A stretch of 64,000 nt of DNA from Marsupella aquatica (Eukaryota; Plantae; Marchantiophyta): contig OZ316892.1 of the NCBI GenBank assembly GCA_973895155.1, forward strand, positions 18,094,357 to 18,158,356, given 5' to 3'. Shown here piece by piece: positions 1 through 13,216 of this stretch. The notes beneath the pieces are model-generated. The model was not told where the DNA came from and did no database searches. It worked only from the letters and a program-made list of their open reading frames with translations. The translations under genes were made by a program, and so were the position numbers. Numbering within the stretch: the first letter of the stretch is position 1; the number at the start of each line of letters is the position of its first letter.

Positions 1-174
1 ATAAAAAGATTTTCTAGGGATTGAGAAGAAAAATGAGATAGATCAATGAATTACCTAGACTTTGGGTCCAGCAAAAGAAAGACTAAGGAAGGAATGGAGC
101 CACTTATGTGAAAAGTTGGTAGACAAGAAACCAAATAATCATAATTCACTTAAAATTCCACAAACTGGCCATTG

Positions 175-519
175 TGTTAGGATTTACTCTTAGGTCTAGA
201 GTTACGACTGTACCGTAGTTAAGGCTAACCTTAGTTGTAGACTTGGTTAGGTTAGTCATGTTGTGCACACTCTATAACCAAGCGGTGTTTGCTTGGTGAG
301 GGGGAACTCAGGCTCATTGTTACGGAGCTAGTTGAGAGATTGAGAGAGCTTGCGTTGTGGATGCTTGGTATGGTCGGTCGTCCTAGAGTGCAGTAAAGCT
401 CATGTGTGTTCCCGTGGATGTAGCCTCATGTGGAGGTGAATCACGTATCTCTCTGTGTCGACTCTTGTGCGTTGGAAGGTTCATGGGCTTGCCGTTCTGA
501 TTGTCGTCTATGCTCAACA
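175..519 (+). repeat. 5' LTR of copia element
   Basis: tgttaggatttactc...tatgctcaaca; about 12 substitutions relative to the 3' LTR by manual comparison, no indels. Confidence 0.97.
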
Positions 520-521
520 AT

Positions 522-533
522 TGGTATCAGAGC
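522..533 (+). other. Primer-binding site (initiator tRNA-Met)
   Basis: TGGTATCAGAGC two bases after the 5' LTR, the canonical plant copia PBS. Confidence 0.95.
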
Positions 534-2055
534 ATGCCTGGGAGGTGACAAGGTTTTTTCGTGACGGTTTTCTAGCGTTCATTGTTGGTGTTGCATTCGG
601 GGTTTCATCGCATGAAACTCAAATATGTGTGGCTGAGCGAATAGGTTAGTGAGAGGGCTTTCTAACGGTGGTTAGAACTCGTTGATCGGTATCCATGGTG
701 CGGAGGAATTGAAGTTTGCATCGTTCAGGGTTTTTTTTTATGTTCGACGGGATTTCGGGGGAGAGACCAGAGATTTCTTTTTCAACGGTGTGAGTTGTGC
801 GGTGCGGGAGGCATTGCATGTTATAGCTCAAGTTGAAGGTTGAAGCGAGCTGGTCGTTTTGGTACCTGGTTTGCTGGCGTTTGTGGATCGAGTGCGTCGT
901 GACGAGTGAAAGTTGAGTTCTGGTTTTTTGACAAGCTATGGTGCTTGTTTTTCCCTGAACCGGATTACTCGTTGTGACGCTTGACTCGGAGGAAGAAACG
1001 CGAAGTGCTGAGACTCAACGGAGAGATCGTGGTGAGGCGATCATTTTGAGTCCAGGATTGGCCCTTGACGTGGAGAGAGTAAGACACGGCGGAGGTTTTC
1101 TCTTCTCTGGTGGAGCTGCAGACGTGCCGGTGCAATTCGGCAACATTTCATGTCGGCGGTCATCTCTTTTCTCATTGGAAACCGAAGCGGAGGTAGCTGA
1201 GGTTTGTAACATGGCATTTGTGTCATTTTTTGGCACATTTTAAGGTTAGTTTAGGGCATTTTTTTGCCCCATACGGCCTGTATACCTTCAATTCCCGACA
1301 AACCTACTTTGCCATATGCCCCGGCGCGCGCCTCGGCCTCCCACACCCCTTTAAGCGCGAAAATCTGCTTTTTCTGGTGAAAATACGACCCAAAACGCCC
1401 TTATATGACCCAAATATGCAAAAATATGCGCGTTTTAACCCCTTTAAACCCATTTTTCATGTTTTTTTGTTGTTTATACGCGATTCTCATCGTGAATATG
1501 CGCGCATGGCCGCGAATACGTGCGCCTTTTCCAGGGGCTTTAAGACCCCTTTAAAGTGATTTTTTCTGATTTTTTTATCTCCTCCTCCTCATTGGTTGTG
1601 CCGCATCCCGGGCCCTGTGACCCTCCATTTTAACCTCTTAGACAGGGGGAACAGCCCCCTATGAGACCTGTCGGACTGTGCGGGAATATTCCCGAAAAAC
1701 ATAGAGCTATTTTTTGGCCGTCCGACAAAGATTCCATCCGCCGAACGGTAACTTTTTTGGTGTTTTTTTGGCGAGGTCGTAGCCATTGAAGTTGGCAACG
1801 AGGCGCACCGATCACATCGCGATTCGGACAACGGGTTGTACTTGGTGTTTCGGTTATTCCCTGAGGTGATCAAAACGGGGGAGTTTCCCAAGGTTTTACC
1901 CACCCCGACCAAAATTTGAATAACTTTTTCATCAAATTTTGATTTCGATTTTGGTTTTCAGTATTGGACTCCTAGCTTCGTGGGCTACGCGGCGGTGTTG
2001 AGTTTCGAGTTTTTTTAGAAGGTGTGAAAAACGACATTTTTTGTGATTTTCTCAT

Positions 2056-5000
2056 ATGAGTGATTCGGAGGAGTTTTTCGAAGACGTGGAACTTGAAGCA
2101 CGAGGATCACCACGGCGGTTTGAGGGGCAGAGAGAGGAGCAGGAGGAAGAGCATATGACACCGGTACCATCACCGGTGCGGCGTGTGGTGGAGGAAGCAG
2201 TACTACTACCGGAGCTCACAGTAGTGCCAAAGAAGAAGATAGGGACTTTCAAGCTTGGGGGACCCAAGTATGAAGTGACAAAGTATGATGAGCGCTCTGA
2301 CTACTTGCTATGGAAGAAGCAGGTGAAGGGAGTGCTCTATGCGTCAGGGATGGGCCAACTGCTGAGCCCTCGTGAAGACGATGTTGATGAGAAACAATGG
2401 GACCGCATGCAGGAGCAAGGAGTGTGGTGTGTTACACTCTATCTCATGCCTCCCATCATCAAGCAGTTGGGTGCACATAAGGATTACATGTCCTTGTTTG
2501 CAGAATTGCAGAGCAAGTATGACCGCAAGGAGTTGTCGAACCGGCTCTACACTTCCTACAAACTGATGAGTTTCAGGATGAAGGAATCCGGTATAAAGTT
2601 GCAAGACCATGTGGATGCTTTCAACGACATGGTCGTTGACTTGGAAAATCTTGGGGAGACTTTGAATGATGAGACAAAGGCTCTGCAGCTTCTCAGTTCA
2701 TTGCCTCCATCTTACTAGTCCCTATCACGGATGTTGTTGCATCGTGATAGGGATACCATTTCATACAATGACGTGGTAAGTTCTCTGCTTAGTGATGATC
2801 TTCAGCAAAAGATGCACATCACGTCACAGCCTTCATCATCTGGTGCTACCCTCAATGTTAACCGTGGTGGGAGGAGTATGCAGCGACCAACTGGGGACCG
2901 TAGAACCCAGTTTAGATCTAAATCTAGATCTAAGTCCAAGGGTAAATCCCCTCAGAGGAGGCAGGTGACATGTTGGAAGTGCAACCAAGTTGGACACTTC
3001 AAGCGAGACTGTAAGGGAAAGGCAACGGAATCTTCATCGGCAAATGTGGCTAGGGCTGATGGAGAAGCTGATTTACTCAATGATGAGTATGTTTTATGAA
3101 GCCGGGGGTATGCCCTGTGCACGTCATCTAGGAGAGCAGATGATGTGTGGATTCTTGATTATGCTTGCTCTTTTCATATTTGTTACATTCGTGAGTTTTT
3201 CAGTTCTTTCTCTGTTTCAAACGGTTCAGTTCTAATGGGAAATAATCACTCTTGTCAAATTGAGGGAATTGGGTCTGTGAAGATTCAAATGTTTGATGGC
3301 GCTGTGCGTATAGTGTCCAGAGTTAGGTATGTACCTGGCATGCGTAAGAATATGATTTCACTCGGTGTGTTGGATTCAAATGGTCATCAATAAAGCGTTA
3401 TTGATGGTGAACTTCAAGTCAAGTCGGGAGAGACAGTGATTTTGAAAGGGAGCAGACAGAAGAATTTGTATGTATTATAGGGCAATACTGTATGTGGAGA
3501 GGCCAATGTAACCAAGTCTCACGAGGAGATGACTCAACTATGGCATTCATGGTTAGGCCACATGAGTGAGAAGGGTTTGGCTATCTTACGGAAGAATAGA
3601 CTCATTTCTGACTTACAATCTTGTAAATTAGAGTTCTGTGAGCATTGCATTCTTGGAAAGTAGCATCGTCGTGCTTTCGGTGTTGGAACTCATCGTTCCA
3701 AAGCGATTCTTGAGTACATACATAGTGACGTGTGGGGTCCATCCCTGACTCCCTCACATTCTAGAAAGTTGTATTATGTATCATTTATTGATGATTACTC
3801 AAGATTTGTGTGGATTTATTTCATGACGCATAAGTCTGATGTCTTGTCCATTTTTAAGAAGTGGAAGGCCCAGGTGGAAAATCAGACTGGAAACACGGTC
3901 AAGTGTTTGGATACAAGGGTGAAGAGTCTGAGGTCAGACAACGGCGGGGAGTACACTTCAGTGGAATTTGAAGAGTACTGTTCAGAACAGAGGATAACTC
4001 GCCATCTCACCATAGTTTACTCTGCAGCAGAATGGTATCGCTGAGAGGCTCAATCGGACACTATTGGAGCGGTCACGGAGTATGTTGAGCCAATCAGGTT
4101 TACCACAAGAATTTTGGGCAGAAGCTGTCAATACTGCAACTTATTTGGTAAATCTTTCTACTTCTAGTGCTATCAATTTCAAAACGCCATTTCAGATGCG
4201 CTATAAGCGGCAAGCAGACTATCATGGCTTGGTAGTTTTTGGAAGTGATGCATATGCTCTCACACCGAAGCAGAATAGGACCAAGTTGGATCCTACCTCC
4301 AAGAAATGTGTTTTTCTTGGGTACTAGAGTGGTGTGAAAGTCTATAGGCTATGGGATCCTATTGCCTGTAAGCTCGTTGTCAGTAGGGATGTTTGTTTCA
4401 ATGAATCCAGATTATTGAAGGAGGGGGAGAATACTCAGGTCTCCTGTACTGACAAAGGAAAATCTCCTATCCCGGATCTCGTTGAGGGGGAGATTGGTCA
4501 TGAGGTGCATAACCGGAGAGAAGGAGTTGCTCCAATTATGGAGTTGATTCCTGTGCTAGAGGAACCAGAGGAGTTTGTTGATGCTGGTGAGCATCAAATG
4601 GATGTTGCTGAGCTTCAAATTGTACCAGCACATGCAGATCAACCGGAATCATCGGCTAGAAGAATATCTAGTCGCACTGTACGCGCTCCACCAAGGTACA
4701 GACAGTGGGTTGATTCATCTCAATTGCAAGAGGAGGACTTTGTTACTGATGATGAGGGTGATGCGTTGATTATGGAAGAAGGGGAACCTTCTTCATTTCA
4801 TGAAGCAAGTGCTTCAAAGGAGAAGTAGGAGTGGACTGCAACAATGCAAACAGAGATGCAGTCACTGAAGGACAACAAAACTTGGGAGCTTGTCAAGCTG
4901 CCTGAGGGACACAAGTGGTGGACAGCAAGTGGATATACAAGCTGAAGGATCAATCCACAGGAGGTGGATCAAAGGTCTACAAGGCTAGGTTGGTAGCCAA

Positions 5001-6369
5001 GGGATTCACACAGGAAAAAGGTGTGGATTACAATGAGGTCTTCTTACCAGTTGCTAAGTACTCAACAATACGGCTATTGTGTGTGCTTGTTGGTATGTTT
5101 GGTCTGCTGCTAGATCAGATGGATGTTGTCACAACTTTCCTCTATGGCACCTTGGAAGAGGTGATCTTCATGAGATAGCCGCTAGGTTTTGTGAAGAAAG
5201 GGCAAGAGGATTTGGTTTGCGGATTGTTGAGATCCTTGTACGGGTTGAAGCAGTCACAAAGACAATGGAATAAGCGGTTTGATGATTGGATCCGTGCACA
5301 AGGCTTTCACAGGAGTGTGTTTGACCCATGTGTGTATCTTAAACCGGTGAAGAATGTTGTTTTTGGGTTCATTGTTTTAGTACTTTATGTGGATAACATG
5401 CTTATTGCGGCCAAGGATAGGTCTGAGATTGTTAAGCTCAAGGCACTGCTTAGTGAAGAGTTTAAGATGAAGGATTTAGGGCCAGCTAAGAGAATTTTGG
5501 GTATGGAGATCACTAGGGACTTGAAGGCTGGTAAGCTATGGTTAACGCAGAGCAGTTATGCGAGGAAGGTAATTGCAAGGTTCAACATGGGGGATAGCAA
5601 GCCATTAAGTACCCCGTTGGCTCCACACTTCAAGTTGTCATCAGCTTTCTGTCCTACGGATGACACAGAGAAGGGGTTGATGTCAAAGGTTCCGTATGAC
5701 AAGGCAGTGGGGAGTCTCATGTATTTGATGACTTGTACTAGACCTGATCTTGCCATGGCTATGGGCAAGGTGAGCAGGTACATGTCGAATCCAGGGAAGG
5801 TATACTGGGAAGCAGTAAAGTGGATTATTTGGTATTTGAAGGGTACCATGGATCATGGTCTATTGTTTGATGCACATGCTGATAATGCTAGATCATTGAT
5901 GGGCTATGTAGATGTTGACTATGCACAAGATCTGGATCGGAGGAGGTCAACAACAGGTTATGTGTTCACACTGGGAGATGGATGCATAAGTTGGAGGTCT
6001 ACTTTGCAAAAGTGTAATGCTCAGTCTACTACAGAAGCGGAGTATGTTGCAGCAGCGGAAGCAGCAAAGGAAGCGATTTGGTTGGATAGACTGATCACTG
6101 AGATGGGATTGCCACAGGGGAATGTGAAGCTCCATTGTGATAGTCAGAGTGCGCTTCACCTTGCTGTGAACCAAGTGATGGACAGCAGAGTGAAGCACAT
6201 TGACGTCAGGTATCATTTTATCAGGCAAGCTGTGTCTGATAATATGTTTGAGCTAGTCAAGATTGACGGTAAACTCAACCCGGCTGACGCTTTTACCAAA
6301 GTGATTCCTTTGGAGTGTTTTTCTAGACACCGCAATGCGTTGCAAGTTTTGCAATTGCCTCACAAGTAG
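2056..6369 (+). pseudogene. Copia gag-pol polyprotein with multiple stops and frameshifts
   Basis: Gag with CWKCNQVGHFKRDC zinc knuckle; protease WILDYACSFHIC; integrase HxxxGH..CEHC and LRSDNGGEY; RT YKARLVAKGF, LYGLKQS, LYVDNMLI (YVDD decayed); RNase H CDSQSA, NPADAFTK. In-frame stops at 2716, 3097, 3391, 3478, 3661, 4325, 4826, 5176; frameshifts near 4020 and 4915. Confidence 0.95.
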
Positions 6370-6549
6370 GGTTACTTAACATTTGTGTAGATACTGAGAT
6401 ATGCTCTTGCTCATTCCTTGTATAGGCTACGGCTTAGTTCTGGTCTACTCTCGTATAAAGAGGGAAAAACCGGTTTGGTTTTTCTTTCCAGAACTTCCCG
6501 CTGAGCAATCATATTCATAGCAGTCTTTACCCTCCCCTAGACCAAAGTC

Positions 6550-6559
6550 AAGGGGGAGA
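6550..6559 (+). other. Polypurine tract
   Basis: AAGGGGGAGA immediately before the 3' LTR. Confidence 0.9.
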
Positions 6560-6560
6560 T

Positions 6561-6905
6561 TGTTAGGATTTACTCTTAGGTCTAGAGTTACAATTGTACC
6601 GTAGTTAAGGCTAACCTTAGTTGTAGACTTGGTTAGGTTAGTCATGTTGTGCACACTCTATAACCAAGCGGTGTTTGCTTGGTGAGGGGGAACTCAGGCT
6701 CATTCTTACGGAGCTAGTTGAGAGATAGAGAGAGCTTGCGCTGTGGATGCTTGGTATGGCCGGTCGGCCTAGAGTGCAGTAAAGCTCATGTGTGTTCCCG
6801 TGGACGTAGCCTCATGTGGAGGTGAATCACGTATCTCTCTGTGTCGACTCTTGTGCGTTGGATGGTTCATGGGCTTGCCGTTACGATTATCGTCTATGCT
6901 CAACA
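6561..6905 (+). repeat. 3' LTR of copia element
   Basis: Direct repeat of 175-519, followed by TSD CATTG. Confidence 0.97.
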
Positions 6906-7680
6906 CATTGAAGTCATCATTACATACTCCACTCGTAGCCACAAATCCTGCGGGAAGTCCCAAACACCACGAACTGATTGAAATTTCTTTCTATTGAATG
7001 ACGAACTCCAAAGAAGGAGAAGTCTTCTAAGGAAATCAGGTTGACAAAAATTGGAGGGAGGATCATTAACAACTAAAGATACAACAATGAGCAGGACCAA
7101 TTGATAATGGATTCTACCCAGCCGAATCCCTTGACAGCGTAGCAATTTGAGAACAAAGATATGACTAGAAAAGCAACCCCCTAGGTTCTGGGATATCACA
7201 AAGAACAGCCACGGATTCAGAGAAATAAAAAAATTGAAGGACCACACGGTCAACCGACTGAAGGTAGCACAAATTGATGGGAGAACAATTGAGAGAAAGA
7301 AAAAGAATGGAGAATGGAGCCCACAGGCTGGTGACAAGACCGAAAAAGAAGAAACGATTGAGAGACAAACAAAGTTTGGGACCGAAGAGAAAGAAAACTT
7401 GAGGTGCGCTGACAAACAAATTCCTCAACAAAGCCAGCAAAAAAGTCAAGAAAAGACCGACTTAAACCACTAAGTGCAAACCCTCCTTAAATGCAAACTT
7501 GAATGATACATATTCCAATTTACAAAGAAAAATATGCACTTAACCAGGGAATACACTTAAAAACACACCTAAAGACTCAAAGATACTCAGAATTCCATTT
7601 CCTTTGAGAAAAGTACCACTCCAGCAAAGGCCCTTAATAAATCTCCTCCATAGAAACAAATAACCACTACATTTAACCAT

Positions 7681-8260
7681 ATGGCCTCCATACAAAAACT
7701 AAACTTTCTTGCACTCATAATCGATGGGGAAAATTGCTTACCATGGTCATTGGATGTGGTGGCCCAACTCACCACTAAAGACCTTCAAAACACAATAATC
7801 ACAGATATTGGTACCACCCCACAACAAAAGGCTAAAGCAATAATATAATTTATTAGACACCACTTAGTTGAACCACTCAAAATCCAATCCCTAAACAAAA
7901 ATAACCCAAGATATTAATGAGACCAATTGAAAGAGTAGTTTGATCATACTAATATGATCCACCTACCAAGAGCGAGACACAATTGGGTCAACCTGAGAGT
8001 ACAAGACCACAAATCGATGGCCAACTACAATAGCAAATTATTTAGAATCACATCCCAACTAGCATTGTATGGGCAACCAATAATCAACTAGGAACAAATA
8101 GAAAAGACCCTATCCACCTTCCACTCTACAAACATGATCCTCTCAACCCAATAAATAAATATGAAATTTACCAAACATTCTAAGTTGATAGCCCACATGT
8201 TGTTAGCAGAGAAGCATCGAGAGTTACTACTCAAGAACTCCAAGATGCGACCCCCTGGGA
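7681..8260 (+). pseudogene. Degenerate Ty1/copia Bianca-lineage gag remnant
   Basis: Manual translation across stops and shifts: MASIQKLNFLALIIDGENCLPWSLDV...QQKAKAI..IRHHL...LPRARHNWVNLRVQDHKSMANYNSKLFRITSQL...IEKTLSTFHSTNMIL...KFTKHSKLIAHMLLAEKHRELLLKNSKMRPPG. This matches the Bianca gag pattern (KAKAMIFLRHHL, ARYDWMHLRLQDFKSV, EKTFSTFHASN, LLVAEQNNELL). Confidence 0.8.
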
Positions 8261-8289
8261 GGTTGGGTGTGTTTAAAAAAGTGTTGTGG

Positions 8290-9340
8290 AGGCCAAGTGG
8301 TATAACTGGTGGCTCAGGGTTGACGAGTACTCTATCACGCACCATGATGTGGGATGGGTAGCATCCCTAATGGCCGACTACCAACACCAATATGGCCAAT
8401 CAGCCCCCGGAGGCCCCAACGAGTCATATTGTCCGTGGCATGTGTGCCTGCAACATTGACATCATCAATGACTTCTTTTGTGTCATACGCATGAATGACG
8501 TATCCTGAGACTCCACAAATGACCAAAACATTTATCACGTGCATAACTGACCCAAAATCCCTTGCAAATGACAAAATGCGAGTGTTTTGCCCAAAGTTAG
8601 GTGATGCCCTTCCAAGATGAAATACTTGGGTCATAAAAACTATTGCAAGGCCAAATTGGGACAACTAGTGGGCCCCCAGAGTTGATGCGTACCCTATCCC
8701 GCACCATCTACAATGGGTAGCATCCCTAATGGCCAGCTACAATCACACATATTGCGAAACAACCCCAAGATCAAGGCTCCAACGAGTCATATTGTCCATG
8801 GCATGCATGACTGCAACATTGACATCATCAATGACTCCTATTTCTGTCATTGGCATGAATGACGTCTCCCAACACTCCATAAATGATAAAAACCTTAGTC
8901 ATGCACACTAATGACTCAAGATCCCTTGCAAATGACCAAATGGGAGTGATTTGGACCCCTTTGGGCAAACAACTCCAAAGTCATACAACTTGGGAGGGTT
9001 TCAATGCCCAAATTTGGGTAATGCCCTTCCAAGGTGCAAGACTTGGGTCATAAAACCTATTACGAGACCAAATTGGGATAACTAGTGGCCCAGAGTTGAC
9101 GCACCCTAGTACCCTATCCCGCACCATGTGGAGTGGGTAGCATCCTAAATGGCCAGCCCCTATGACCATTATGACCAATCAGTCACCGGAGGCCTTAGGA
9201 GTCATATTGTGCATGACATATACAACCACAATATTGATCCCAAATGACCTGTTTTCATGTCATTTGCATAAATGACATTTGGCTACACTTGTCAAATGAC
9301 TAGAAAGTTGAGTCAAAGCAGAAATGACCTATTTCTTTGC
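8290..9340. repeat. Degenerate tandem repeat, about 3 units of 360-420 bp
   Basis: Anchor GCACCAT..GGGTAGCATCC.AATGGCC at about 8356, 8715 and 9135; shared downstream blocks gagtcatattgt, caacattgacatcatcaatgact, tcccttgcaaatgac. Confidence 0.8.
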
Positions 9341-12300
9341 AAATAATATGAGTAATTGGAAAAATGACATAAGCAAATATAGACATCTAGTACCTAAATC
9401 CTAAACCTACGCCACAAAGTGTTATTTGGCAACCTTGCATACCTTGGTACTCCAATATGTGAAATGTGAACACAACGTAAGGAATGGTAACACTTACGGA
9501 GTCCTTCACATATATAGAAAAGATGTAACAATGGGTGCAAGTATAAATACATACTTACTAGATTTGATGGAGCCTTTAAGTTGTACATCAATGATGAGAC
9601 TAACAACAATAACAAGGTTTGTTGAGTCTCTAAATGTATTCAAAATCTAATATGTGCGTGCCCCTAGTCTTTATACTACCGTGCATGTTGGATGGATAAT
9701 CATACCCTAAAACTTTAAAGAAAGTACTAGTAAACAGTCATGGAACTCGACTACCTTAACACTTAGCTTCGGCGTCACTGACTCCGATGCCGAGCTCCCT
9801 TATCGTCCAAACTCGGATAGGCCATTCGGGGAGGACTTAGCATGGGGAGACTTGTGGGCAATGAGACGTGGCACTAGCGAAGGCAAGGCGCCAAGCTGGT
9901 GACACACACTAAGGACTTAGACTAGCTGAGTGCTGGTCGGGTCAAGAGGAAAGGGGCCAAGTTCAAGGTCGACCGTCCGAACTCCTGGATGGACTTGAGT
10001 TCTAAGGGCTTGAGTGAGAGCTCCTCTTGGGTTGAAGGCCAATAGAGTTGATGCCATGGGCAACGGACGCTTGGGGCACAAGTTATGGCCCGATCCAAGT
10101 TTGGCCGATTGGGGGCCCCAAGCGGCGATGAGATCTGAGGGCCTAGGCATGAGCACTAGGTTGGCCCAATAACAACGGGGTAAGGCACTCCGCTTGCGGA
10201 CGCCTAACTAGGAAGTTAGGGGCGTTGCCAATTGGCGGCGCTCCCAGACATGCGGGATAGGATCCAGGTTGTGGACCAAAGTTGGTCTGGGGGTGGTAGG
10301 TCTCCATAAGCATATATGAGGGGAGTGGTGTCTCCCTAGGGGCTAAGGGCGAGCCGAAGTCGTGAGCCGCGGCAGTCGCAACACTAAGGGAAAATGCCAA
10401 ACGGAAACAACGATAATTTCCCAACGAGAAGTCCGTTGGAGGACTTCTTGGATGCGTTGGAAAGATCTCAAAGAGGGCTACATCCTATTGAGCTCATCTG
10501 GGTCTGGGGGTGCCGTAATTTCTCAAGATTTATAGGTTTTATCTTGCCCGCTTGCCAAATCTTGCCGAAATAGCAGCCAAGTCGCGTTCAGTCTCTCAAG
10601 GGAGCTTGCATTGGGGAGGCAAGTCCAAGTAGGCATGGGGGGTTGAGTTCCAAGGGCACTTGGCCCCTAGACCATCAGTAGGGTGAGAATCAAGAGTTGG
10701 TTGCTAAAGTCGGGGCCATTCTGGTGCCGACGTGTTGGGACAAGCTTTAGGACAAGCTACGCTATTTGGGCCATGAACATGTCTTGGGGGCAGGGTGGTC
10801 AGTTGGTGATGGATAGATACAAGGGAGAACCCGGGCTGCGCCCAAGGAAGGAGCTATTCTGGACGAACAGTGGGTGTTGGTTCTAGCTCCGGCTTATGGC
10901 ATCAAGAGGACCTATCGCTGACCTACTTACCAATGTTTGTTGAGCTTGATTTAGGATGCTAGACTTGGGGAGATCTAGATCCTGAAGGGTTATTTACCAA
11001 GATGCTTGGTTGCTTGGCAGACAGTGAGGACCGTTGAGTAGCGGTCGTGTTGGAGAGCAAGTGTAGCTTCATATGGGAGGGGCCGTTGGTGGTGCAAGGG
11101 GCACAAGGTTTCTTGCTCTAGGTATTTCATGGAGGTGTTCGAGCACCAGGGGCACTTAGGCGTGGGTGCTGGGATTGGTGAGGGCACTGGGTGGCAAGGT
11201 CCACCACTAAACCCTAAACCTCAAAATAGTCATATATTATTTATCATGACACTTATCACTTTTGGTTTAAATGACTACTAATATTTTTAAACATTGATAT
11301 TTGCATATTTGCTTTATTAGTAGTCACCGTTGTCTGAAATGACTTTTCAAATGTAAAACATTGACATGACAGGGTTGTTGTCAATTGTGTCATTGACAAA
11401 GACTATCCAAAATGACTACAATTCATCACTGTTGTCATTATAGCGGTCAAAGTCATTTGGCTCATTGGTTTAAATGACTTTATTGCAATTATTAGTCATT
11501 ATTTTCACTCTGTCCTTAGAGACAGTCATTTATGTGTCATTCATCTCCTGTCATTGAAACATATTGTCATTTTGGCACATAAGTCATATGTTTCATAGTC
11601 TTTAAAGACCCCATTAGTGATACATTTGCATCTACATGGGAACTTGTGTCCTGAGTCCTAAGTGAAGACTTTGCCAATGAATGTCTTGTTCATTTCAAAG
11701 TCGTTCATTTCAAAGTCAAGGTAACAGTCTTGACTGAAGGTTAGGACTTAGGACACGAAGGTTGTATGTCTTGTTTCATTTCAAAGTCACAATAATGGAT
11801 TTAACATAGTGAGTTCAATTAGGCATAGCATCGGAAGAAATTAGATTGAAGGTATTGCGCACTCTTGATTATCTATTTGCAGTTTGGTAAGCATTAGCAT
11901 CATGATCCCAGGATTTGTACAATTTGTGTCAGTTGTACTATGGTTTAGAACAATTGAGGTCGATGTTATGAGATAGTCATGGATAATGAAAGGAGGTTTG
12001 TCGTCTGTTGTGAGATTCACAGGTTTCACTTTGTCAAGCTTCTTCAGCACTTTCAAATCAAATAATGTTCATGGCTGGGAGTCAGTCTATGGTGACGTTA
12101 TTTAAAGAGTGATTATGGCTGGGATTCAATCTATGGTTGATGCAATTTAAGATTTACAATTATATACTCACAAAGCTCTTGGGCAAAGAGTGACAGATCT
12201 GACCTCTAATTGGAATTTCATTTAGAAATAGAAGACTTGAATAAAGTTTTCTTGATCCCTCTTCATCCCCTGTCATAGACATCCTACCAGCCTGGTATCT

Positions 12301-12935
12301 CTAGTGTATAATTCTAGATTCACAAAGATCAACGAATCCAATTTGGAATTGAGGATCTTATTTTGACAAGAAGGAATTAGTTCACTTGTGGAATTGAGCA
12401 AGGCTCTAGAAGTGACTGAAGCAACTACTTGGGTAGGAAAAGGTTTTGATGGCTGGGAAGCACTCCAATTCTTTGGGTTTTCAAATGCAATTAGGGCTAG
12501 TTGAGAAGATAGTTAAATCAAAGTGGCCGGCATAACAGATAGGTCTCCAACAATCATCGTACTTCAAATAGTTTGCACAGGCAATTCTGGTACTGGCTTT
12601 GTATGTAGAATATTTTATAGTGAGTTAGGATAATTTAGAGAACTCTATGTATATAGATGGGTTGGTAATGTGGAAGTAAGGACTTACCACTTTGGAGTTA
12701 CAATTCCCTTGAGCACAAATGTACCAGGCAAGACATTGGTGTGCAAATTTATGTGGAATATTGATTATCTGTGTGTAATGCAAATTAATGGTCTTGTATA
12801 AACTGTGATAGAGAGTCTGATCTCACGCTTTGCAAAATGGAGCCTGGCATTTAGCATTGGCGATTGCTGTATTTTCAATGAACGAGCTTGGAATAATTGG
12901 ATATTTAGGAAAGTAGGAATGAACCAAGTTTTGAT

Positions 12936-13160
12936 GGCCCTAAATCAAATTAACCCTAAGCTAAGGGGTCCACGAACTAATTAAAATCAATAAGTGCACA
13001 CCATGTATTGTCACAATTTGATGTGTGATTACCAAAAGGGCATTTGTGCTGGCCCTAAACCAAATGAATCGTAAGCTAACGGGTACATGAACTAATTAAA
13101 GAATGAGTGCACACCTCCCACACATTTTGATGTGTGATTGCCAACAGCGCATTTTTGGCT
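12936..13160. repeat. Tandem duplication, 2 x ~115 bp, upstream of DDB2
   Basis: ggccctaaa.caaat..a.c.taagctaa.gggt.ca.gaactaattaaa...agtgcacacc...tttgatgtgtgatt.cca at 12936 and 13051. Confidence 0.85.
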
Positions 13161-13216
13161 GACCGCAAATGAATGTCATGGTGGACTCTTTTAAAAGGGG
13201 GGAAAAAAACGAGGTT

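Larger units (their letters stand above)
175..6905 (+). mobile_element. Full-length Ty1/copia LTR retrotransposon (Tnt1/Tork-like), coding region inactivated
   Basis: Two 345-bp TG...CA LTRs (175-519, 6561-6905). 5-bp TSD CATTG at 170-174 and 6906-6910. PBS at 522-533, PPT at 6550-6559. Domain order gag-PR-INT-RT-RH. Confidence 0.97.

Noticed and set aside
3880-3935. Integrase insertion GNTVKCL-DTRVKSL-RSD
   Set aside because: A real short duplication-like insertion, but catalytic residues are unaffected and it cannot be interpreted without other copies.
11800-12900. Possible viral or LINE relic on the minus strand
   Set aside because: Only a short ORF with no diagnostic motif.
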